In this document: positions 17,658 through 24,844 of the stretch, piece after piece
Layout of the letters: every line of letters starts with the position of its first letter
Position numbering within the stretch: position 1 is the first letter of the stretch
Assembly (NCBI GenBank): GCA_040397175.1
Contig: JBBAWM010000008.1
Span: 1-24,844, forward strand
From: Candidatus Limnocylindrus sp.
GTDB lineage: Bacteria > Chloroflexota > Limnocylindria > Limnocylindrales > Limnocylindraceae
Length of the DNA: 24,844 bases
Direction: 5' to 3'
Position numbers and translations under genes: made by a program
Notes under the pieces: generated by a model
Databases searched by the model: none
Told to the model about the DNA's origin: nothing
What the model saw: only the letters and a program-made list of their open reading frames with translations

Positions 17658-18416
17658 GTGATGAAGCCGTTGCGCCAAGTTATAGCAGGTGTCCGGCGGC
17701 GCTTGGACGAACGTCGTTTCCCATTCGTTGTAACACTCCGTGACTTCGATTCTGCTGGCGTGCGCTTCGAGGTTAGCAATCTGGTTGAACGCCTCAGGAT
17801 TATCGACCACGGCAGCGAAACAGACTATACAGCAGCCATGATTGCGGATCTGCGTAAAGACGACGTATTGTTCGATGTCGGCGCTAACGTCGGCATGGTC
17901 GCACTCCACGCCGCCAAAATCTGCCAAGTTGTCGCGTTCGAACCCGATCCGTATTACGGGGGCCGGCTGAAAAATAATATGGCATTGAATCCAAATCGGC
18001 CGTTTACTATTGAGTCGGTTGCTGTAAGCGATAAGGATGGCAGCTTAACGCTTCACACCGAAGGCGGTGCCGGTACCAGTCCGAGTCTGGTGCGCCAGCG
18101 CGGCGAGACCGCCAGTGTTGTAGTTAGCGGGCGCTCACTTGATTCGCTCATAGCCGAAGGTCGTTTGCCACGGCCCACTGTTATCAAGCTCGATATCGAA
18201 GGTGCGGAGATCCTGGCTTTGCGCGGCGGTCTTGGGCTACTGTCGGGACCGAACCGGCCGAGAGCTCTCTACGTCGAGCTACATGACACATTTCTTGGCG
18301 GTTTTGAATCATCCGCAGATGAAGTCTATGAGTTACTGCGCGAGTTCGGATACACCAAGAAAATCTACTCATCCAAACGTGACGATCAAACGCATCTAAT
18401 CTTGTACAGAGATTGA
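17658..18416 (+). CDS. FkbM family methyltransferase
   Basis: LFDVGANVG, VAFEP, IKLDIEGAE and YVELH motifs; AGGAG RBS before GTG/ATG (17658/17661). Confidence 0.9.
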   Translation: MMKPLRQVIAGVRRRLDERRFPFVVTLRDFDSAGVRFEVSNLVERLRIIDHGSETDYTAAMIADLRKDDVLFDVGANVGMVALHAAKICQVVAFEPDPYYGGRLKNNMALNPNRPFTIESVAVSDKDGSLTLHTEGGAGTSPSLVRQRGETASVVVSGRSLDSLIAEGRLPRPTVIKLDIEGAEILALRGGLGLLSGPNRPRALYVELHDTFLGGFESSADEVYELLREFGYTKKIYSSKRDDQTHLILYRD

Positions 18417-19802
18417 TGAAATTCGTTTGGTATTGATCCATTCCGGGTTTTGGGCACCTAGTCGAGATTGTCGCTCCGACGTCGAAGAGCCCTGAGATTG
18501 ACACGCGACTCCGACCAGTATTACCAGGATCCAAAATGTTTGTTGTCCGGCGCCCGGTGCGATAGATACCTGAGTCATGCCGTTTAGGAGCAGGGCAATT
18601 AGAGCCAAAAGAGCTACAATGCCGTTTCGAGCCCAATCGTCCGCGTGTGCCGAGAGTCGCGAAGCCGCCCAATAGATCGCAAGCGTCAGAAGTAAAACAC
18701 CTATAAGTCCACCGTCGAACAGTTGCTGAAGGAATGAGTTATGAAGGGACGCATATTCTGGGTTTCGCACTATGTTCGCGAGCTCACTCGCGTAAGTTTG
18801 AGAAACGCCAGATAAATATTGACTACCTTGGCCAAACCCGATCAAACTTTCAGACGAGCCGTATACCCATGCTTGCCAATAGTCAATAGATCTTTCCCAG
18901 ATGGTCGACCGAAAATTCAACGAAGAGATTTGTTGTGCGGTGATCGTGCGTCCGGGGGCAATGAAATTGAAAATAGCAGTAATAACACTTTCAAGCCGGG
19001 TTACGACGGGAGGCAGAATGATGGCGGAGATAGACGCGCAGATTGTAGTTAACTGCGCTAGACGACCACTAAGTCCTGGAAAGGCGAATACGATCCCTAC
19101 GAGAATTACCGGCGCTATTCCAGTGCGGGCACCGGATTTGTAAAGAATATACAATGCTGCACACAAAAGTAGGGAGCGAAACAATCGACGAGGCCAATCG
19201 CGTTCGACAATCAAGTACAGGCCAGCAGCAATGTATATCGATGCTAACGCGGCTACCTCATCAAGTGAGGATCCGAGTGGCCAAATGATCCTCACCATAC
19301 CAGTTGTTTCGATGTACCCGGCGATCCGACTGTCAGCGTTAGGCGAGCGTAGTCCGACGGAGTAACTAAGGACATTCAACAACAGGCAGATACCGATCCC
19401 ATCTATCAAGGAACCAATCACGATCCTTGCGTCGACCGTCCGGACTAAAACCACCGTGAGTGCGGACACGAGAACGAGAATTATTAAATTCGACCTAGGT
19501 TCAGATCTTACTAATGCAATTCCCGCTGCAATCCAGAGGGCCAATAATGGGCCCATTCTCAATGATCGGCGGAAGGGGCAGCGCCTAACAGCCGCCGCGG
19601 CGATGAGAATTGCTAGTAGTGCCAATGAAGCTTTTGGGCTAAAGGGCCGAATTGCGAGAACAACCGGAACAGCAATTACTATCCAGTCCAGAGGCACCTT
19701 GTCCGTGTTGTTCACGCCAGTGGATTTGGAAAGAGCCCTCGTTGAGTCAAATATCTGCGGCGGCACCGCCATACGACCCTTTCGATAAAGCAACCCTCCC
19801 AT
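18396..19802 (-). CDS. wzy: O-antigen ligase/Wzy polymerase family membrane protein
   Basis: About 10 or more hydrophobic segments, SGARTG, a large loop with R..IW, and HNSFLQQLFDGGLIG; directly downstream of the flippase. Confidence 0.8.
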   Translation of the reverse strand: MGGLLYRKGRMAVPPQIFDSTRALSKSTGVNNTDKVPLDWIVIAVPVVLAIRPFSPKASLALLAILIAAAAVRRCPFRRSLRMGPLLALWIAAGIALVRSEPRSNLIILVLVSALTVVLVRTVDARIVIGSLIDGIGICLLLNVLSYSVGLRSPNADSRIAGYIETTGMVRIIWPLGSSLDEVAALASIYIAAGLYLIVERDWPRRLFRSLLLCAALYILYKSGARTGIAPVILVGIVFAFPGLSGRLAQLTTICASISAIILPPVVTRLESVITAIFNFIAPGRTITAQQISSLNFRSTIWERSIDYWQAWVYGSSESLIGFGQGSQYLSGVSQTYASELANIVRNPEYASLHNSFLQQLFDGGLIGVLLLTLAIYWAASRLSAHADDWARNGIVALLALIALLLNGMTQVSIAPGAGQQTFWILVILVGVACQSQGSSTSERQSRLGAQNPEWINTKRISSISVQD

Positions 19803-19909
19803 TATTGGCGAAGTATATGTGAACAGTAGCAGGATGGAAACTGGGCGAGTAGGTTGCTGAGGGGTAAATTTGCCAGAGGTTAATGCAGGTTAACCGGGCT
19901 TTCGGCGAA

Positions 19910-21334
19910 CTAGCCCGACGTTGGTGCTGTGACGCCGCGTCTCCGCGCTATCAACATTGCCGCAACAAGCAGAAGTCCGATGCTCCCCCCGGCTAGTATT
20001 CGGCTTGGGGTTGACCCGACGGGAAGAGTTAACGCCACGGTGCTTAACACCATCGCGGCCGCCCCACCGGTTACTTCGGGCCAACACGCGGCCCACGCTC
20101 GCCATGCAATCTCAAGCTTCGCCACCCGGATCATGCCAAATGCGACCGCCGTCATCACGAAGTAGCCGGCACTCGTAGCGTAGGCGACGCCTATTGCCCC
20201 GTACTCGCGTCCGAAGACGAGAATAGGTCCGAGTATGACCACAGCGCCCGCACCGGATGCGAAAGCGCTGTACTTGGGTACACCGGCAGTTAGCACCAGA
20301 TAGTTGATGGCGATGGGATAGACGCCGAACGCGACTTGGCCTAAGAGTAAGACTCCTGCCACGGCAAATGAAGGCCAATACGGCGACGGGAAAATCCACT
20401 GCCCGACAAGAGCCAGCGCTGCACCGATAGCTGCGGGGACCGCTACCGCCAAAACCAGTTGCCACCGGACAGGGGCATACGTGCTTTGGCTCGGGGCTGG
20501 GAATGTCTCCCGAGAAAATCGGGGTTGAACGGCGCGGTTGAACTCCGAAATGACGAGCGACGCGACAGCCGCGACATTCAACCCGACTGCGAGAAAGCCA
20601 ACCTGTGCCAGTGTCGACACGGTTGCCAATGCCGGCCGACTTAGGGATGTAATTGCCCAGTAGGCGGATTTGTGTGGAACAAGAGGTAGGGCGAAACGAA
20701 GCAAATCGTTCAGGTGTCTTCGAGACACTTGTGCCCGCGGCACGCGAACAAGCGTCCATGCCAGAACCGCAGAGACCGCCGCGCTGACGAGATCGGACAC
20801 GACCCAGCCGAGAACTCCCATCTTCAGCACCACAACCAACGTTAATTTTGATAGCGCGTAGACCACTGTCGAGATGCTGGCAAGCCAAACAAAACGTGGA
20901 AGATCCTGGACGGACTGCACCATTGGCAGAGCGAATACGGTCATCGATACCTGGAGCGCTAGGGCGAGGATCTCGATCGCCCAAATTCTACCGGAGATAC
21001 CGAGAAAAGTTGGAACTGATAAGGCGAACACCGTTGCAACGATTGCGCCGAATAGAGGCAGCAGGACGTAGCTATAGAGGCCTGCTAGCCGCAGAATTCC
21101 ACGGGACTCATCATCGTCTTGCGGCACCATGCGTAACACGACCGTGTCAATCGGGCCAGCGAGGAGCGCAAGGAGCAGCATGGCAGCAGCCGTAAGCATT
21201 GATGCGGCGCCATACTCCGCCGGCGGCATCACCCGAGCGATGAATGGCAGAATCAGCAGGGAAATGCCGCGCTGGAACCCGGCGAGTACCAAATAGGTGG
21301 TTGCCGCGCGTCCGGTTATTCCAAGTCGAGCCAC
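19910..21334 (-). CDS. wzx: Oligosaccharide repeat-unit flippase (Wzx, MOP superfamily)
   Basis: Highly hydrophobic 474-aa protein with LILPFIARVMPPAEYG, LLRFALPL and YGAIGVAYAT patterns. Confidence 0.9.
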   Translation of the reverse strand: MARLGITGRAATTYLVLAGFQRGISLLILPFIARVMPPAEYGAASMLTAAAMLLLALLAGPIDTVVLRMVPQDDDESRGILRLAGLYSYVLLPLFGAIVATVFALSVPTFLGISGRIWAIEILALALQVSMTVFALPMVQSVQDLPRFVWLASISTVVYALSKLTLVVVLKMGVLGWVVSDLVSAAVSAVLAWTLVRVPRAQVSRRHLNDLLRFALPLVPHKSAYWAITSLSRPALATVSTLAQVGFLAVGLNVAAVASLVISEFNRAVQPRFSRETFPAPSQSTYAPVRWQLVLAVAVPAAIGAALALVGQWIFPSPYWPSFAVAGVLLLGQVAFGVYPIAINYLVLTAGVPKYSAFASGAGAVVILGPILVFGREYGAIGVAYATSAGYFVMTAVAFGMIRVAKLEIAWRAWAACWPEVTGGAAAMVLSTVALTLPVGSTPSRILAGGSIGLLLVAAMLIARRRGVTAPTSG

Positions 21335-21369
21335 GGCTTAGAGTGCCTGCCCGTTGATTGGGTCGGTCA

Positions 21370-22092
21370 TCACTCCGAACCCAGACGCGCAGTCGCTCCG
21401 CCATCAACGATAAGAACGGCTCCCGTGATGAATCGGGCGTCATCGCCGATAAGAAAAGACGCCGCCGCTGCAACGTCGGTGGGTTCACCGATTCGGCGCA
21501 GTGCGGTGCGCTCGCGCAGTACAGCCTTGCGTTCTTCGGCTGATGCCTCCCAGCGGGCGAAACCTTCACGCAACTTCGCGGTGTCGATTGCCCCCGGTGC
21601 GACGGCGTTGACCCGGATCTCGGGCCCCAGGTCCAGTGCGGCGGACCGCACCCAGCCTTCCAGCGCGGCCTTGCTTGTGGCATAGGCAGTAAGGCCACCG
21701 GTTGTCGCGCGGGCGTGAACGCTACTGACGACCACGACTGAACCCTCGTTGGTCGCCAGGCTCTCGCGAGTGCCTGACACCAACGCATCGACAGCGATGA
21801 CGTTCACGCGCATCGCATCCGTCCACTCACTGAGGGATGTCTGACCAGCTCCTGCCAGGGGCTGCACCGCGGCATTGTGAATCACAGCCTTCAATTGGTA
21901 GTCCCTGGCAAGCTCTCGGCCGAGGTCGATCAGCCGTTCGGACTCTCGCAGGTCGATCCGCACGTCAACGTCGGCATCGATTGCGACATCTCTATCGAGG
22001 CCGATCGCGATGTACCCGTCACTGCGCACGCGTTGACAGATCGCCGTGCCGATCCCGCCGGCGGCCCCGGTGATGATGATGGCGCCGGTCAT
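21370..22092 (-). CDS. Classical SDR family NAD(P)-dependent oxidoreductase
   Basis: ITGAAGGIG, HNAA, YATSK, IRVNAVAPG and FITG..L.VDGG motifs; ATGA overlap with the upstream gene. Confidence 0.92.
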   Translation of the reverse strand: MTGAIIITGAAGGIGTAICQRVRSDGYIAIGLDRDVAIDADVDVRIDLRESERLIDLGRELARDYQLKAVIHNAAVQPLAGAGQTSLSEWTDAMRVNVIAVDALVSGTRESLATNEGSVVVVSSVHARATTGGLTAYATSKAALEGWVRSAALDLGPEIRVNAVAPGAIDTAKLREGFARWEASAEERKAVLRERTALRRIGEPTDVAAAASFLIGDDARFITGAVLIVDGGATARLGSE

Positions 22093-23021
22093 CTCGAAAG
22101 CTCCTCAAGGAGGAAGTCGACGGCCGTCGTGCTGGCACGCTCAACGCCCTCCCGTGTGTTCGAGCCGTTATGGGCGCCCAAGATGACGTTCGGGAGCGTC
22201 CTGAGTTCGCTATCGAGGGGGAGGGGTTCGACCTCGAAGACGTCGAGCGCCGCACCGGCAACTCGACCGGCCTTAAGTGCGTCAATCAGATCGGCTTCGA
22301 GGACGACGGGCCCCCGAGCGACGTTGATCAAGCAGGCGTCGGGGAGCATGAGGGCAAGTCGCTCGGCGTTGATCAAATGGAACGTTTCCGGCGTGAGGGG
22401 ACAGGCGAGCACGATAAACCTGCTGCTGGCGATGAGTTCCTCGAGACTGACCATCGTGACGTCTGCCGGAGTGTCGTCGGCGTAAGGATCGAATGCGACA
22501 ACATTCATACCGAAACCCGAACCGCGCCTGGCGATCTCGCGGCCGATCGCACCGAAGCCCACGATTCCGAGCCGAGTGCCGGCAAGGGTCATTCCCTCAT
22601 GCTTTGGCCACTCGCCTCGCCGAACGGCGGCATCCACGGTGATAAAGCCGCGGGCAAGGTTCAGGATGTAGCCGAATGCGGCATCGGCTACTTCCTGCCC
22701 GAAGACACCTGGCGTGTTGCGGACGGTCACTGCGTGGCGGCGGGCCGCGTCATGGTCGACAGAGTCCATACCGATGCCCCAGCGGATCACAGTCCTGAGT
22801 TCGGGGGCACCGTCGAAAAATTCACGGCTGAGTTCGTCGTCGCCGGCGATGATCCCTACCAGATGGGGGCCGTACTCCAGTAACTCCGCCGCGGTGAACT
22901 GTTGACGGCCGCCCAGGTCGGGCGCCAGCACTTCGTATCCGAGTTTCTCGATGCGTTCGCGGTGCAGGGGGAGTTCGACCTGCATCTGGCGGCAGGTGAC
23001 CAGGACCAGGGGCGTACTCAC
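22089..23021 (-). CDS. D-isomer-specific 2-hydroxyacid dehydrogenase (phosphoglycerate dehydrogenase-like)
   Basis: RWGIGMDSVD, NTPG, GIVGFGAIG, INVARG, LDVFEVEPL and AHNGS motifs; GTGA overlap with the upstream gene. Confidence 0.92.
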   Translation of the reverse strand: MSTPLVLVTCRQMQVELPLHRERIEKLGYEVLAPDLGGRQQFTAAELLEYGPHLVGIIAGDDELSREFFDGAPELRTVIRWGIGMDSVDHDAARRHAVTVRNTPGVFGQEVADAAFGYILNLARGFITVDAAVRRGEWPKHEGMTLAGTRLGIVGFGAIGREIARRGSGFGMNVVAFDPYADDTPADVTMVSLEELIASSRFIVLACPLTPETFHLINAERLALMLPDACLINVARGPVVLEADLIDALKAGRVAGAALDVFEVEPLPLDSELRTLPNVILGAHNGSNTREGVERASTTAVDFLLEELSR

Positions 23022-23692
23022 GGGTTAATTCCACCACTCTCGGCGATGGCGACGGCGAGTGCGAAGTCTTCTTCGATATCGATATCCACCGCTTCTAACG
23101 CTGCCATTTCGAACATCAGAGGCGTTGCGCCGATGCGGTTTCCCCTCTCCCGCAACAACCGTGGGGTGAAGATGAAGAAGCACGAATTCTCGATGAACAG
23201 CGGTGCCAGATCCTGAGTGCGAAGCAACACTGACGGATCGTGGTTCACCGGTCGGGTGTCGGCGTCCCAAAGTCGGGCTTGCAGGCGGGTGACGCTGAAA
23301 ACCGAGTCGAATTCGCTCTCGGGCTCGTTGAACAGTTTCAACGCGGCAGACACCGTGCTGGCCTTCAGGAACGGATTCGTGGAGTGTGTCTGCAGAACGA
23401 CCTCGGCATCGACCTGATCAAGGGTGTTGAGCAGGACATCGTTCATGGCGACACTGCCATCGCGTAGGCCCTCCGGCCGCAGAAGCACCCGCACGTGCGG
23501 GAAGTGGGTTTCACAGTCATCGATGATGAAGTCGCTGTCGGTGTCGATCACGATGGAGTCGATCTCCGGCACCGCACTGAGCGTACGAATGACATGGTGA
23601 TATAGCGGAATTCCAGCCAACGGACGGTAATTCTTTCCGGGCACGCGCTCACTGTTGTGGCGCATCGGGACGATGGCGAGCGTGGGCATCAT
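23018..23692 (-). CDS. Acylneuraminate cytidylyltransferase family (NeuA/KdsB-like CMP-sugar-acid synthetase)
   Basis: AIVPMRHNSERVPGKNYRPLAGIPL, QTHSTNPF, RTQDL...ENS and AVDIDIEEDF motifs. Confidence 0.9.
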   Translation of the reverse strand: MMPTLAIVPMRHNSERVPGKNYRPLAGIPLYHHVIRTLSAVPEIDSIVIDTDSDFIIDDCETHFPHVRVLLRPEGLRDGSVAMNDVLLNTLDQVDAEVVLQTHSTNPFLKASTVSAALKLFNEPESEFDSVFSVTRLQARLWDADTRPVNHDPSVLLRTQDLAPLFIENSCFFIFTPRLLRERGNRIGATPLMFEMAALEAVDIDIEEDFALAVAIAESGGINP

Positions 23693-24652
23693 CTAGGAAT
23701 CTCCCGAATATTCGATCTTGCGGCCAGGTTCGGGCGGCGCGACATGGCTACCGGGATCTGGCGGATAGTAGAAGTGTTCGCGCAACTGCGCCGAGATGTG
23801 ATCGGGTTCCCGAAATCCCTGCCATGCGCCAATGAATTGCGCGAATCGGAACATGGGAATACCCAGCATGTTCTCGCTGAGGCGGTGTGCCTTGACTGCG
23901 TGTGCGTAGTCACTCGCGATGTTCGACAGCGAGAGACCGATAGCCCCGGCTAGCGACATCGTCGAACCCTCGACGATGCGGGCGTAGGCCATGGCTTCGC
24001 GCCTGTACCTGTTGCGGATGACGCTCCACGTCTCTTCATGGACATGAACTATCGGCGCGTCAGCGACATAGGCGATCTTGTATCCCCTGGCGAGTGCCCT
24101 CTTGGCGAAGTCAAGGTCCTCGAGGCCGGTCAGGGACTCGTCATACTGCAACTCCTGCCACGTCGATGTCAGCACCGCGGCGTTGGCGTTGTTACTGAAC
24201 GGGTGGCCCTGGTCCCAGATGTTTCGATTCGGGAACCACTTCAGCATCACCCGCGCCTCGGAGAACTTCGTCCGCTCATCACCGACTTGGCGGCCGTAGG
24301 CAATCCCCACGCCATCGCGGTCGAACGCACTGATGAGGTGCTCGACGTGGGTGTTGTAGAGCGGGTACACGTGGGCCGACGCGAAGAGCAGGACGTCGCC
24401 TGTCGCCGCCGCGCAGCCTCGGTTCAAAGCACGTCCGAATGAGAACTCGCTCTTGTCGATATTGACGATCTGGCAACCGGCCGCTTTGGCGATCGCGACG
24501 GTGTCATCCGTGGAGCCTGAATCGACAAGGATCATCTCATCGGGTTTGACGGTCTGCTGCTCGAAACCCTCCAGCAACCGGCCGATGTGCCTTGCCTCGT
24601 TGTAGGCGCGGATTACCGCTGACACCCGACGAGGCGGACTTGTCGTGTTCAC
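23693..24652 (-). CDS. GT2 family glycosyltransferase
   Basis: SAVIRAYNE, ILVDSGSTDDT, FSFGRALNRG and GLEDLDF motifs; abuts the cytidylyltransferase start. Confidence 0.9.
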   Translation of the reverse strand: MNTTSPPRRVSAVIRAYNEARHIGRLLEGFEQQTVKPDEMILVDSGSTDDTVAIAKAAGCQIVNIDKSEFSFGRALNRGCAAATGDVLLFASAHVYPLYNTHVEHLISAFDRDGVGIAYGRQVGDERTKFSEARVMLKWFPNRNIWDQGHPFSNNANAAVLTSTWQELQYDESLTGLEDLDFAKRALARGYKIAYVADAPIVHVHEETWSVIRNRYRREAMAYARIVEGSTMSLAGAIGLSLSNIASDYAHAVKAHRLSENMLGIPMFRFAQFIGAWQGFREPDHISAQLREHFYYPPDPGSHVAPPEPGRKIEYSGDS

Positions 24653-24664
24653 GCGTGCTCGCTT

Positions 24665-24844
24665 TTACTCGGAGGCCTCACGCTTTAGCCCCGCCGGTTC
24701 TGCGGCCTCGATGCCGGTTTGTACGTCAGACCCCACGGCTTCTGCATCAGGTGCAGGATTCATAGACGGCTGCTCGGCCTTACTATCTCCGTAACTGCCG
24801 CCGTAGTAGTAATAGTTGTAGCTGTACGCACCACTTCCGCGGGT
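24665..24844 (-). CDS. wzc: C-terminal end of a polysaccharide-biosynthesis tyrosine autokinase (Wzc/BY-kinase-like), partial
   Basis: The minus frame from the window edge reads TRGSGAYSYNYYYYGGSYGDSK...REASE*, with TAA at 24665-24667. The Tyr cluster is typical of BY-kinase tails. The catalytic domain is outside the window. Confidence 0.75.
   Translation of the reverse strand, partial: TRGSGAYSYNYYYYGGSYGDSKAEQPSMNPAPDAEAVGSDVQTGIEAAEPAGLKREASE

Noticed and set aside
19895-19917. Hairpin CGGGCT..AGCCCG at the wzx stop as a terminator
   Set aside because: The stem is short and bulged, overlaps the stop codon and has no U-tract; too weak to call.
22089-23021. Housekeeping serA
   Set aside because: The protein is short, lacks the C-terminal regulatory ACT region and is embedded in a glycan operon.

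Overview
High-GC actinobacterial DNA, most likely Mycobacterium/Mycolicibacterium (an LpqN/LpqT-type protein and mycobacterial-type IS21 remnants are present). Almost the whole window is an accessory Wzx/Wzy-type surface-polysaccharide locus, mostly on the minus strand. From right to left it holds: the Tyr-rich tail of a Wzc-like BY-kinase, a GT2, a NeuA-like cytidylyltransferase, a D-2-hydroxyacid dehydrogenase, an SDR, a Wzx flippase and a Wzy/O-antigen-ligase-family protein. A mosaic middle follows, with four SAM methyltransferase-like genes, an SMP-30 lactonase, a DUF115/Maf-like protein, a 740-aa Tat-lipoprotein resembling a phage tailspike, and decayed IS21 istB fragments. The left part carries gmd, an rmd-like reductase, three GT4s, a Gfo/Idh/MocA oxidoreductase, an AKR-like hypothetical protein and an LMW protein-tyrosine phosphatase. 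At the left edge a host EEP-family gene is cut off at a small inverted repeat. The most interesting inferences are (i) a possible NeuB/KdsA-independent route to a CMP-activated 2-keto sugar acid, (ii) a tailspike-like protein apparently domesticated as an exported lipoprotein, and (iii) a methyltransferase gene lying between the two halves of an IS21 istB. All family calls come from motif recognition by eye; no database searches were run.
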